Below, piece by piece: positions 10,301 through 24,090 of a DNA stretch of 64,000 nt. Made by a program: the position numbers and the translations under genes. The notes under the pieces are model-generated. The model saw only the letters and a program-made list of their open reading frames with translations. It made no database searches and was not told where the DNA came from. The number at the start of each line of letters is the position of its first letter. The first letter of the stretch is position 1. The DNA is taken from contig OZ296648.1 of assembly GCA_965655095.1 (NCBI GenBank), forward strand, positions 66,216,001 through 66,280,000, read 5' to 3'. Source of the stretch: Haplodiscus bocki (taxonomy: Eukaryota).

Positions 10301-13080
10301 TCTCAAAAGTAGGTCCCATATATGCGTAACCGAAATACAACGGAAGATTTCGACATATGTAAACGTCCTTATTCTAACTCTTGCCACTACTAGAACTTTC
10401 TTTCTTCTTCTCAATCTCATTTGGGAAGACACAACAAACCAACGCACAGGCGTTATCTATAAATTTGAGCAAAAAGGCTGTTGCAATTTATTAATTGTCC
10501 AAATATCGCAAGCTACTTTGACTCACACTTGAAGACGTACGTTTTGGGCGATATATGATGAGTAGTACAATGACATTTTCACAACGTCTAATACTATCAC
10601 ACTTTTGCAAGAGACACAGCCGGATTTATAGCATCGGTCAGAGTATTTTCAATAGTTAAGCGCTCATCACCTAACTTCCGCAAAGACCACCGTTCAGTTA
10701 CAAACGACGCGTAACCTTTTTAATCTACTTTAGAAAAAACTCCAAGAGTTTTATTCAAAGTAGAACAATCAACAGCCATATCAAAAGAAGAAAACGCAGA
10801 ACTTTTTATATTCATAACGGGATTGATGTCCTCGAAAGAGTTCACAAGAACACTCTCAGGCAATATAATGTCGCTTAAAACAATGATCAACACAGAAGTA
10901 AAAGCGTTTTTGAAAAGCTTTGTTGGAAAACGGCAGACAACTCTAGAAAACGCAAGACCGTTGGGAAAGTAACATACCTGCATCGTCGGGCACACTATCT
11001 CTCAGAGCAGGTAACTTTGTAAGAAACGAACGGTATTCATTCAAAAAACTTCTTTTTCAAGCAGTCAAAATCCGTAAGAAACAGGAAGTCGGTTGGTCAA
11101 TGCCTTGATAACAGAATCCTAGAACAAAGCAGAATCAAATGCACACACAACTTTGACTTCATCGAAAGATTGAACATTCTAATCCTGCAGAAACTTCAAA
11201 ATCTGCCAAAGTTCCATGGCTGACTTCGGAGCAGCTTCTTGACGCTGTATGACCAAATACAAATTCCAACACTTCGCAGTTCCAAAAAAAATCATGTAAC
11301 TCAATGAATGATAATTGTGCTTAGGAGAAAACGGAGAATTGATTCCGCAGTTGAAAATGGTTCTCAATCACACCTAAACGAAGTTCCTTAAGAATATTAC
11401 TCAGCTCCAAAAAAAGCATATTAAACACTCATTTTTTTACACACTATATACAATTCAGCGGAACCTACTCAAAGTGATTAAACTTTCCTGAAAAAAAATT
11501 GCTGCCATTTTCACGAGAAGTCTTAGGGGATAGTCCTCCCCACACAATCAATTCTCCAATCGAAACGATGGTTTCCTCAGTCTGTCAGTTTTTCCACAAT
11601 TCAGCTCCAAATGTTCACAATACCGCCCATGTGCGCAAAAACATCATGGGGCTGGAATGATTGATGCTTCACAACCGACAACACAGACAAAAACACAATC
11701 AGCAAGCCAAATCTACATATCAGTGCATTCTCCAATACGCCAAAATGCAACTCTGACAGCATCACAGAAATAACCACCAAGCAAAAAGGGAACAGCGACC
11801 CATGGTCGGCAAACAACTAGTGCAAAGCTGATCAACAGCATTTACTGAACTCGTGTAGAAAAGAATATTCCACTTCACGAAAACTGTGTCAAGACTACCA
11901 TCTGGTGCACAATATAATCAAAGTGCCTAGATGAGCGCTCTGCAGATCAAAAATCGTGTCAAAACGATCCAGCCTGTCAACTAAAATTAAACGAGGTTAT
12001 GAAAAAAACTACTTTTGGAGTAAACATGAATCAGCAAAAAGAAAACGAAACAAAAAATGACTCATTGAACCAACTTTATACAATTTAGAACTTGCTTTCA
12101 TCCATAGCTGACTCAATCTCGTCAAAACTTCTCCAAAACGAATTCCATTGTCACTCGCACACTGAAACAGCCAAGAGAACTGACTGCAAGTGTTTTAAGA
12201 CAAACCTCAAAAATTTCTGTTGAACAACATTGATGGAACAGAAGAATCAGACAGCCTTAGATAGTCGTCTGCATCAGGAAATACGCATGAAAATAAACAC
12301 TAATCACAGGAATCTTTTTCTTGAAAACCGAAGGAAAAATAGCAAATTGTTCAAACATTGCGCCTAAAAAAAGTAACATCAGCAGAACTCGAAACAACAG
12401 AAATTCTCAAATTCTCATCATTCTTTTTCCGGTCAAAATTTTCCAAACAAATATCTCATCGGCGATAAAAATTTAGAAGCAACCAAATAATGTTGTACAC
12501 ATTTTCCACATAATGTTGCAGCAAATGACAGAACAAATGACTCATGAAAAACAGTAAACTACCGTTATCGAATCAAAAGTAGTGCCAATCTCAGGTCGGT
12601 TCACTTATTCTGATAACAATATCCACAAAGCAGTCGCAAGTGGAACATTACCACCGTGGTTAAAGAATCCATTCAAAATAGACAGCTAGAAATAGAGTTT
12701 CCCAAGGATGCCAGCAATTTTCAGCAGCACAAAGAGTCTCATATAAAAAGGCTTTTTTTGACGGAAGTGAAATACTGTCAGATGCCCTATAAGGACCTAC
12801 TCAATACTCAGCAGAAAGTGCTGTCTGTGATAAAGGATCAGCGGTCCCAACGTCATCATAAAAAATGGGTTACCCAAAGTCAGTTTCTAAAGTCGGTGTT
12901 CATTCGAATGTCCTTCGCTCCAATAGTGCTTGAGAATGTCATGCTAACCAAGGGACTGCAAAAACAACTTCATATTACAGATATGACAAGTCCAGTAGAA
13001 GTATCTTTTCACACGATTTTGGTCAAGTTAGACAAACTTCAAGTAATTGTACTTCCCAATTCATTCTGCATATAATCTGT
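7385..13080 (+). mobile_element. Heavily decayed A-rich coding-like sequence, probably an old retroelement into which the Gypsy inserted
   Basis: Short protein-like frames (e.g. DQVQQEIIGSFSYDELLAEFKNYFKMDYLE) broken by many stops, with A-rich strand bias like neighbouring retroelements. No diagnostic catalytic motif found. Confidence 0.3.
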
Positions 13081-13128
13081 GCGCGCCAAATTTGGTTGGT
13101 GAGTAGAGGTCCATTTCAGCTGTTTCCT

Positions 13129-13319
13129 TGTTACCGGTTCTGGGACGTGAGGTTCAGGACAGACCAATAATCATCACTATCATTACTATCGACGTTCTCC
13201 AAAACCTTCGGCCAAGGCAAGATCACTCTCTACTATACCTTATTCATATACACAAGCAACCAGCAGTCGATACACTGATAAGCTATACACATATCTCTAT
13301 CTACTAGCGCTTACTAACA
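13129..13319. repeat. Possible solo LTR (~190 bp)
   Basis: TGTTA...TAACA inverted termini and a size similar to the 207 bp LTRs at 18949/21859. No convincing TSD. Confidence 0.3.
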
Positions 13320-16300
13320 TTGTACTGTCAATCAACAATTTTTATAAACCTTATATCACCGGGAATTATTTTGTTCGGAAATAGCTTCTCCCAACAGTTG
13401 GGTTGTTTGACTATTCAGTTTGAAAAACTCTGGTAAAGTCAGCACAAAACCAAGAAAACAGGATTCATCGAAGTGTTAAAGACTTCAAATTAGACGATAA
13501 GGTCTGCACACCTGTTTCTCGGGGAGTTTCCCCAGCTGGAGTATTGCGGACACGACCGGGTTGAATCAAAGTACAGAACGGGCTCTTGAAAAAAAAATGA
13601 CAATATCGAGCTAGCTCCCGCAAATGAATAGAGAATTGTGGCTCTCCTTTGCCACCTACAGAGTCTATGTTGAGAATATCAGCACCCCACAGAGATCAAT
13701 TTGCATTTGAGTTTGACAAAATCTGCACCGCTTGATTGTCAGAACTGTCTCAACAGAAATGCCAAGTGTTCCAAATTTTATCATCTCTTCTTGACCAGCA
13801 GACAGCCCCATCAAAACAAGATTCATTTTTGCAGGTGACAATGGCAACAAAACACTCGACTATCTTTCAAAATTTTCCGTTGTGGAAAATTTTACGGAAA
13901 AAAATCATTTTCTCAATATGTAGACGTTTCTTCTTCAGTGATTTGCCACTTCGGATCGAACAAGTCCACCCACGTTTGTTTTTACCCCAATATGTTCTCC
14001 AGAACATATAGAATGCTGTTTCAACAACCCTGCCGATTATTGTTCGCCCAAAATCATCAGCCAAAAATGGAAAAAATGCAAATAAGGTCGGATTCTTACC
14101 CAATTTTCAATTTTTTTACGGAACTGCCGCTTGGTTATCTTCAATCGTGGTTTCGATTCTCGGATATCTACTTACGGTGAATTATTTGACAATATTGAAT
14201 TGAGTTTCGTGCAATGCATCGAGAACCTAAAGGAAACAATGTCCTTGCATTGGCAGCTTCTGATTTTCCTTTGTACTAGGACTGTTTTTTCAGCAAAATT
14301 ACTGGATGGATAACTTCGAATGTTGTGTCAACCAAAAAACATTTACTGGTAGAAAGTTTTTAAATTTTAATCTTCATCGGTTTCTTCTCTGCGCTCAAAA
14401 TCTGATAGGTCGAATGTGCTAAAATTGTATTTCGCAGGGATTGTCCTCCATATCCAAACTCATTTTTGTGCAAAACTATTGGTTGAATTTCTTCCATCGA
14501 GGCCTCAGTCCACAGATTCCTACAAAAATCAATTTTGCTCAGTGACATTGCTTTCGAAATGCTTCTCTGCATGGAAGAGTTGATTGATCAGAATTGCCAA
14601 AAATTGCAAGAAGTAATCTTTTTCTCAACATTCAAACTCATTTCCCCTCCTAAAATTTCGTTTTCTTCCAGCGTAGTTCCAAACACGAATTTTTTACGCT
14701 TAGGAGGTTTTTCAAGAAGAAAGTTTTTGCTTCAACTCCCTCTACATCTCTCTTTTTCATTGTTGAATGTTTTTTCAATCAATTGTTGCTTCACCCCTGT
14801 CGACGGAAAATACATTTACATTGGAGTCAAACATTAGACAATCAAGTTTGAATAGTTCGTAGTTTTACACATTAAAAAAGGAACAAAAGCAAAAGCCTTC
14901 GTAATAATCGGACAGTCTCTTTATTTAAAAATTTACCTCAAATGGCGGTGTGCCCAAATGGAAATAACCAGATAGCAGATTCGAAAAATCTGCCCTGACT
15001 TACTTAATTTTTAACATAATTTTGTATTTATGCCAAGTGCTGATCTATTAATTTAGATTGAATTATCTTCGAAACTTTTGTTTCTTGGTGACTCACAAAT
15101 TTGCAAAAATTTCTATTGAATGAACAAATTGGAAAGACGAAACTTTGGCTCTGAAGGAAAACAGAAAACATCAATAATGCTTTCAACTGATTCGAGAGAA
15201 TCAAAGTGACTGAGCTTTTATATTGAATGAAATCTGACGTCGACTCTGGATGGAAATAAGTTTTTGAACATAGAATTGAGGAACTGTCTTTTTAAATAAA
15301 TTTTTGCAGAATAGATGTTCAATAGGAAAATAATAGTCTTTCAAAAAATTAAACAAAGGTCCTGTAGCAATGTTTAATATTTCGCCCACAGCATTGTTCT
15401 ACTTTGTTTAGACTTGGTTGCTTTTTGTGGCAGTTGTTTTCATAATTTTATTTCTCTCCACGTTTTTCTCTGAGAAGTAAAACATTTATGAGAGTAACAT
15501 TTGAAGATTGAAATTTGTAAGAGACAATGTCAATCTTATTGGAGTTTTAACTAACTTTACGGTCATATGTAAATTAGCGAACTCTCCATAGAAATTGTTT
15601 GAGCGGGGATGAATTAAAAAATGATTGGTTGGTAGAGCTCTATCCAACAAGCATTTTTAAAATTCAAACATAAACCTCTCAAGTCTCAAGGTACCAAAAA
15701 TAACAAAGCAAGCCTTTCGTACTTTCTATTTGGTACTCTTTCATACGCAGTACGCGTAGCCTCAACAAACGTAGAGCTTCTAAAAGGCCAATCATCCACA
15801 AAGTGATCGATGGTCAGCTGATCAAATCTCTCCGTTCACAAGAAGACCAAAAGTCACACCTATACACCTGTAGTCGAGCTTGTATTTACTCGCGCTAACT
15901 ACAAAATAAGATGCCTCGATTCTGCAGTTATGAATCAAACTTCAAATAGTTCTTTTTAAAAGCAAGAAAATTGATACTTTACTTACTGTTGCTCTTAGTG
16001 TCTCCTCTTAAAACCCTAGGGTTTTGAAAACCCTTTTAAACCACCAACCATGACATTTTGGAGTTAAATAACCGCAAATTCGGCTAACCGTGTTTAGACT
16101 TACAAATATTTTAATGTTGAAAATCAGATAATTGAACTTCGGCCAGCTATCAGTTAACCACCAAAATGTTTGCTAGAATGTTCGTGGAGAATTGAGGCAC
16201 TACTTTTGTTGTCTTTGGTGTGAATTAAAATATTCAAAACACCGTGGCTTTCTCGACGCGTACTTTGTTTGAGCAATGTTGAGCAGCGCCATTTTTAACT

Positions 16301-18294
16301 GTTCACGCTTTGTTTAGGCCTGAGACTTCACAAGCATTTTCCAATTTGTGTTTTTAAGATTATGCAATGCCGGAGTATAATTTCTGAAAGTGAAACAAAA
16401 ACAAAAACAAATACAGTTTTAGCAAAATTTGGTGGATTGTGGAGAAAACAAAAAGCTACGAAGATCAAAACAATTTCTTTTGTTGGGAAAATTAATTTCT
16501 CAGTTTTTTGTCAAGGAAAGCGATGATTTTTCGAGCAAAATCGGAAAGTGTCACGTGTTTATAAGTTGGCAAAAATTCATTTGATTACAGAAAACTTTAA
16601 AAAGTCAAATCAATCAAATACTCTTCCAAATCATATCATTTCTTGTTTCTACAACTTTTTGCAAAATGATTTCCTCAAGAGAAGTTTACAATTTGAAGAC
16701 ATTCATTCCAGCTGCATTTAACTTTTTGATATTATAGTGTACGTAGTGATACATTTTGCAGTATTTTTCTCAAACACTTTCCTGAGAAACTTACCAAGGA
16801 CAGAAGTGGCCAGAGTATTAAAAGTCTTGATTTATAAATAGTACCTCAAAGTGTACCATTCACATTAGCCGGTGATCGAAATTTGGAGCGAAAGTCTCAA
16901 ATAATTACCTACGGGCAAAAATTAGTGGCCATAACTTTCAACCTACTTGGAAACCATCAAAATTTGGCATACCGTTTCTCAACAACTACAGAATTTTTTT
17001 TGATCCAGCATATTTTTTTGTAAAATGCATATGCGTAGATTTAAAGTTTTTATGAGTCAAGCAAGATTTTTAATGTGTGCACGTTTTAGTCGTTTATATA
17101 TGCATATACAAAAGATATGTTGAAGCAACAATTTCCACACTTTTTGAGAAACCATCTGCCAAATTTGACAACTGACAAGTAGATTTTCTTTGAAGTAAGT
17201 ATAATGTTTTCTATGTTTCTAAAACCCACCCTTCCCCCATTTTATGACACTCCCTTATATATTTTGAGCCTCTGCTGGCATCGTCGACCTGAGGTTTCCA
17301 AGCCTGTTTATTTATTAGACAATACATAAATTACACAACTAAATAAGTATATAAAAGTTATGAGTTAACTTTCCGTCGGACCAAAAGCCTTAGCAGTGGA
17401 AACTGAAAGCTCATATTTTTCAAATCAATTCTTGATGTTTAAGGCAACTTTAAATTATATTTTCATCTTTTCATAAAGATTAAGATAAAATTTAAAGCTT
17501 AAATTTATAATTTGAAATTTCAAAAAAGTTGAAACGTAATGATATTTTTGATGGAGTTAAATAACAATTATGTTAATGGAGTGTATTTTTAATTTAGAAC
17601 AGTTCCTTTATTGGAGGAACACTTTCCTATATAGATTTTGCTGAAATAAAAATGCATAGATAAGAAACCTTAATAGCAATGATGATAGCTTTCGAAAAAG
17701 CAAGTTTACTTCAAGTTTGCAGATCTGAATGATGAATGACGTCAAAGCAGTCAAGTTCGGCTGCCAGGCGCCAATTTATTCATAACATTCATCGTAGTCA
17801 ATTTTTTCCAGGCCTCAGATACATTTTATTTTTGAATAATTCAAACTTCGTTTCCTTTGATCGCAGACATTTCAATTGCCGAAACTCAAGTCGTAGACAA
17901 CTAAAAAAAACAGCGAAAAGTTTCCAGTTAAGGAAATGCATCTGTGAGTAGAGTTTTTGCGGTTCTTCAAATGAATCCAACTTTTGCAGTAAGAATGTTC
18001 TACAGCGAAACGGAAGTTTCTCATGTTTTTGACATACCTGGAGTAGCAATCGACATTGTGAAAACTCAACCTCTCGACAAAATCTTAGCCATTTAGTCTC
18101 TTTAAATCATTTTCAGCCCTTGCAAATGAAGTCTTAGACATTTTTTTTTCAACCTTGGCACGAACACTTGAAATACATGACATATTACAGTGTTTTTAGT
18201 ACACAAAAGTCAACCTGTAATCTTGAAAAGAAAAACAAGTTACCTATTTAACAAAGGCTCCGTGCCTGTTTTGGCTGGTATGTTGAAAGATGAC

Positions 18295-18610
18295 AAATAA
18301 GACGCCCGACAACCACCGGGATATTTTCCGCTTCCCAGTTTTACAAAAAAAAGTTTTTCAGAAAGCTTACTCTCTTATATGCCTTCTGCAGCATTTTTTA
18401 CACTTTCTCCCAAATAGTTTTTGCAAAAAACCCCAAACTTTTGTAAAAAAAACTTTTGAAAGAAATTTTGCCTTTCTATAAGCAATCTAGAACAAATTTG
18501 CCTATTTTTCTTCAAATTTAAAAATAAGGGAATTTTTTAAGGAAATACCAACATTTTTTTCCCAAAAAAGACCTAGTTTCGTGTGCTTTTATGAAATAAT
18601 TCCGCAAGCA
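18295..18610 (-). repeat. Copy of the dispersed family with the ...CCGGTGG..GGCCGTCTTGTT terminus
   Basis: AAATAAGACGCCCGACAACCACCGGGATATTTTCCGC matches the reverse complement of the 19743 terminus. The distal boundary is approximate. Confidence 0.5.
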
Positions 18611-18948
18611 AATTCCGAGAAGCTGCCGAGGAAAACTGAGCGGACCTTTCAGTATCCATTGATTAAGTTAGGGTATAGTGAAAATTTCCGATTTTTGCTA
18701 AGCAGCTACTCGTGAACTTGTTTGTCGAAAGATGGTCAAATTTACGTTTTTTTTAGTTGAGATCCATAGCTGCAGCAAAACGCCAGTGAAGTTTTCGATT
18801 TTTTCTTGTGTATCACAAGATTTTTGGCGAAAAATTCAATAATTGTTGAAAAAAATGCGCAAAAATTGAAGTATCGTAACTTCTCAAAACGTGGCCCAAC
18901 TTTGAAACGAAAAGCAGTAATACAAATGGGTCAAAAACTAAGTATATT

Positions 18949-19154
18949 TGTTGAACGGTGACCTCCGTATATTCGGTTAAGAAACCGTATTGAATCAGAA
19001 ACTATATTTAGAAACTTGTTTGTGTATATATTAGTAAACAATAAACTATTGTTATGTTCGGAATACCATAAATCATAATACCGAAAAAACCAAATGAAAA
19101 ACAATTAGATTATTAGAAGTCATTCTTTTTTCCCCACTAAGCTTGAGTAAAACA
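18949..19154 (+). repeat. 5' LTR
   Basis: Aligns with 21859-22066 with scattered substitutions; TG...CA ends; followed by a PBS-like sequence. Confidence 0.85.
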
Positions 19155-19261
19155 CGGCGCAGTCAGCTTATTTCCAGTAAGATTCTTTTTTAATTTTCAC
19201 CGCATATGGAATATGCAAGAAAAATTATACATTCAGTAGGGTCGTTTTTGTTTTTTTTTCA

Positions 19262-19743
19262 GACCGAAGTTGCCAACTCTTTTTATTCAAAAATATATGA
19301 AAGCAGTAGATTCTCAAACAGTAGGTTTGGGGTTCGAGTCACGATTTATGCCTAACATTTTTCGGTACCCGAAACTAGTGAAACACTAAAGGGTTCCCCT
19401 ACGAAACTTTTCGGCACTGTGAGACGAAAAATTTTTGACAGAAAATCGTGATACTCCCTCCCTCCACTCTTATCCATAAAATTTTTCGATACCAGAAATT
19501 TTCTGAAACACAGAAGGCTTCCTCGACAAATTTTTTCGGCACTGTGAGACAAAAATTTTTAAACGGATAGTCGTGGTAACCTTTTGCATAAAGTACAGAA
19601 ATCACTGGTGGAATTGATGTTTGTAAAAACTCTTCGAAAACTAATATCAAAAAAGTAGTTTTGTTTTAAACTGTTTGCAAAGTTGATCAAGATATTTGTA
19701 GTTCGGCCAAAAAAATATGCCGGTGCTAGTTGGCCGTCTTGTT
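19262..19743 (+). mobile_element. Non-autonomous dispersed element (tRNA-like head, internal ~120 bp tandem units, hairpin plus CTTGTT end) nested in the LTR element
   Basis: B-box-like GTTCGAGTC at 19332-19340. Two copies of the ...TTTTCGGCACTGTGAGAC.AAAATTTTT unit. The terminus ATATGCCGGTGCTAGTTGGCCGTCTTGTT is shared with copies at 18295, 23732 and 60638. Confidence 0.6.
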
Positions 19744-21858
19744 ACCAAATTCACCGAACAATCTTTACCGAACATACCGAATTTATCAACTTATCAAGAG
19801 AAAATGCCGAAAGACCGAAAAAAATACGGAAAATTTGAACGAGAATGGGATAGACGGAAAAAATCTACAACCAATTACAATATTTAGAACGATTCCAACA
19901 AAACAATGAAAGAAAATACGAGATAGATATTGGACTACTAATGAAAGAAGAACAAATGACCGGAAACGAAGGGAATACTAAAGAAGAAAAGATACAACAA
20001 GACTTCCTATAGGCACCGGGACCCGAAGCAACACACCAAATAACACGATCCGACTACCGAACCGAACCAGAAAATATTAAAATAGACAAATTAATCAAAT
20101 TATACAACAGATATTATTTACCAAAAAGAAACAAAGACAACTCACGCGGATATTCTTTTGGGCGAAAAAAAACAGATACGGAAACACCGGAAGATTACTG
20201 GTAGAAATTAATCGAATAAAAAAAGGAGGCAATTTTTCCTGACTTCATCACCGAACTACTCATATCAAAATTTATAACATCAATCACCGACACAAAACTA
20301 CGCGACATTTTTTTGAAAGAAAAAGATTTAGACGTACCGAAAGTAGTCGAACAAATAAAACAAAATACATAAGACCGAAAGAACAAAAAGAACACCATAG
20401 CGGAAGCACTATTATCAAATCAAGAAAAGGAAATCAAAGAAGAACCTACACATAAAATAACACACACAGGAAAATACGGAGCAAGACCGATAGAGAGACC
20501 GAAAAAGCAAAATTGTAGATATTCTAATGCACCAAACTGGAAACATAACCAAAAATGCCCAGCCCGAGAATCAATATGTCACAATTGTAAAATGAAGAGG
20601 CATTTTGCAAAACCCTGTAAATCTCAATACCGAAAACGACAAGAATATAAAAAATGCGGAACCGGAAGAGACCGAAGAAAACGATACCGACAAGTCGATG
20701 AAAACAAAAACCGAAACAAAGCATGTAACCGATCGAAGAAATATTATCACTATGACAGTAAAAAATGGAACAGAAAAAAATTTATCGAAGATATGGGATC
20801 TCCTAATACAATAACACCGCCGGACAAAGGAATAATCAAAGACAACAAAATATTACCAAAAACAAAAAAATATCAGGACGTCAACATCAACAAAGTTAAA
20901 TTTGCCGGAAAGATTACGGTAGAAGCCGAGAACCGAATTGAACAACATAGTCAAAAACAACAAAAACTAAATATCCTACCGAACATCATTGAACGTTTCA
21001 GTGCCACCGAAGCAGATACTGATCTATGTGGCCCGAATTTAAAAAGAGAGGTGACGCACCACCTAGTTATGGCCCGGAAAAAGAAAATACCATGCTGCAC
21101 GTCACACAAATCACCAAAAAGAACACCGGTAAAGCCGGTTAGTGGGAACTTGCAATATCCATATACTTTTTTTTGAGAAAAGGAATTCAAAAAATCACAG
21201 GATGGAAAAAATAAAGAACAACCGAGAATTGCTCTAGACAGTAGCGAACATGCGGTCCGTACTGTAGATATTAAAATTTTACACCCAAAACTAATATCAA
21301 AACCGGTTGAGTTTCAGAGATCACGGAAGAAGGACATGTCTCCGAATAAGCACAAACTGCGAAGACCCGTTGGAAAGTACGTCAGTGCGTCGGAAAGAAC
21401 ACGATTGATGGAGGAGGGAATCATTTCCGAATAAAAATCGAAGGTCCTGAAGGTTGAATCGGACGAGGAAGAAAGCGACTTCGAATGTTACGAGAAGTCC
21501 GACGGAAAGCCGGTACACGTCAACATCGACAAAGAACTAGCCGTCAACAAACCAACCCTCGCACTACTACCAAACAGATCGGAAGAAGACGAAATTAACA
21601 ATAACGGTGAACGGTGAGAAGGGGGATGGGGACGGTAATATTAGCTTACGCAGATCCAACCGAATCTTTAAACCACCGGAACGTTTGGGTAGTGTACCAT
21701 CTTTCTAAATTTAAAGTAACATTTAATTTTTTTACAGGACCCATTCGAAAAGAACGGCGCAGGCCGTCTTAATGACGATGGAAGAAATCGAATCTGATCA
21801 ACACCCGAACGAAGACGACGGAGATTACGAAAAAAAGTAGCAGATAGAAGGAGAGGAA

Positions 21859-22066
21859 TGTTATACGGTGACCTGCGTATATTCGGTTATATAACCGTAT
21901 TGAATCAGAAACTATACTTAGCAACTTGTTTGTGTATTTATTAGTAAACAATACACTGTTGTTCTGTTCGGAATACCATAAATCATTATACCAAAAAGCT
22001 CAACGAATTACATTTAGATTATTAGAAGTCATTCGTTTTTCCCCACTAAGCTTGAGTGGAACAACA
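21859..22066 (+). repeat. 3' LTR
   Basis: Preceded by the PPT; TGTT...AACA ends; homologous to 18949-19154. Confidence 0.85.
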
Positions 22067-23731
22067 TTTTTATGCCATTTTTTAATGTTAAAACTTTTTC
22101 TTGAAATTAGGACTTGAGGTTTGGTCCCCACCGGAAGTGGCATCAACTACTTTTGGTGCCCAATGTACGCTGCTGAATTCATTCACACAATTGATTGTCG
22201 ACAATTTAGGACCATTTTTCAAGGTTCGGAGATTAACATTTGTTTCTCTCTGTTTATTTTGATAGTTTCTCAAAACAATGATGTTACTGGTATGTATTTG
22301 AAATATTGCACAACGTACAGCAGTTAAAAAAAAGAAGAGAAGATGCATCTAATACAACCCTTTTGAGAAATGATGGAAAGTGGTACAATTGTCAGTTCAC
22401 TGAAAATTGGACCATTCAAAAGTTGAAAAGTTGATATAGTCTGACATGAGCTTCTTCGTATGAAGTTTAACTTCCATTTGCATGAAATTGGGAGTGAAAA
22501 GTGCAGTATTACGAATATTTTGCGCTCTATAATTAATTGGCAAATCTGAAACTTTTGAGCCAAAACTAACCGGAAGAATGTCTTTAAATCGGCCAATATC
22601 ACCACTTCCCAAAAAAGGAAACAATTCTGAGCTGAAGTACAGCGATGACCGAGTCTTTGAGGTGTGAACAATTTCACTGGGTGACATTATTGAAGTGTTG
22701 GCAGACTGTTTGACAACATGTCTGCTTAATTCATAACTGCTTGTGAAATTGCAATTTTGGGTTGTTACAAAATCAGAAACGCGATGAGATAATTCGATCG
22801 ATAGCGATTTTGAAATTTCTAAAAATGTGATTTCAAAATTTCTCAGCGAGATTTCTCGCGACTGAGTTGATAATGGAATGAAATAAATTTTGATGAGGAT
22901 AAATGTAAACAATAGGACAAATGAGTTCATTTTGTCTGATGGTAACTAAATATTAGAAAATTTTGAATTGATAAACTCACAAAATTCAGAAAGCAGCCGG
23001 TTTCGGTTCCGGGGACTTGAAATATGAAATTGGGCTGGGTCGGCTCAAGTTATGAGATTGATTCGGACTTCAAAAAAGAATTAAACCCATGCTTGGGGTA
23101 TTAAATATGACAGTAATCAATCCCATGTGTGCAAGAATCTCACGTTTCGACCCTTTAAGGCAACATAGCGCCCTGGCGTGACGAATTAATAGTATAACAA
23201 TTGTTATACTTTCTTTAAAGAAAGTGACTTAATTTCATTTTTCTCTTGACCAAGAAGTATTGATATCTCTACTCCACATTCTCGATTCTGATTGGCTGCA
23301 GCCAATGACCTGTTCCAGTAGTTGAATAATCTTTACGTCACACTTAAAAATTCGTTAAAGTATGATCGAGTTGCGTTTTGTTCCATGCTAAAACAAATGG
23401 CTGTTCCCTAATGAATTATTCTGGTGGAAAAATTGATTTTCAGCAAAAAGACCAGAGACAGCTTTTTATCTTCTCAGCTTCTGTGGCAGTAAGCACAGAC
23501 AACAAAGAAGAACAATTGAGATTCTTAGTTTAATGAACTGTACTTTTGCTCGGTCAAACATGCGTGGAAAGATATAAATATATATAGACCTCAAGGCGAC
23601 ACTTTATAAATACTTGAATGTATTCGGGGAGGGAAGGTTCTCAAACCATTCGAAGTACATCTAAAAGTGGTCTTTGATACTTTTTTGGTACCATAATTTT
23701 GTTAATGATGAGATTTTTCGACTCTAAACGC

Positions 23732-24090
23732 AAACAAAACGGCCGGCCACCACCGGCATATTTTCCGCCCTCCAACTTTGTTTAAAATGCCTTTTAGGAG
23801 TAATAAACGTTTTTTTAGAAAAACACCCTTTCTTCAGCAAACTTGCAACTTTTCAAATTTTAAAATCCTCCGACTTTCGATAAAAACCTGAATTTTGGAA
23901 AAAAAACCATTTTTATGACATAATTCCATGTTTGGCGAATTCTACCGAGAATTTGCAACCTTTGACCGATTTTGAAAAAAATCAAGTTTTTTCCTCAGAC
24001 AAAAACTTTGAGAAACCTTACTATTTCATTTGCAATCTACGGCAAATTCGCTATAATTTGGTTATAGAATATTTGAAATTCAGAAACTTT
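23732..24090 (-). repeat. Copy of the same dispersed family
   Basis: AAACAAAACGGCCGGCCACCACCGGCATATTTTCCGCC terminus; the body resembles 18295-18610. The distal boundary is approximate. Confidence 0.5.

Larger units (their letters stand above)
18949..22066 (+). mobile_element. Internally deleted, degenerate Gypsy (Mag-like) LTR retrotransposon
   Basis: Direct repeats at 18949-19154 and 21859-22066 (TGTT...AACA). PBS-like CGGCGCAGTCAGC at 19155. PPT AGATAGAAGGAGAGGAA at 21842-21858. Gag remnant with zinc knuckle CHNCKMKRHFAKPC (~20577-20618) and protease remnant FIEDMGSP (~20780). RT/RH are missing. Confidence 0.85.
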
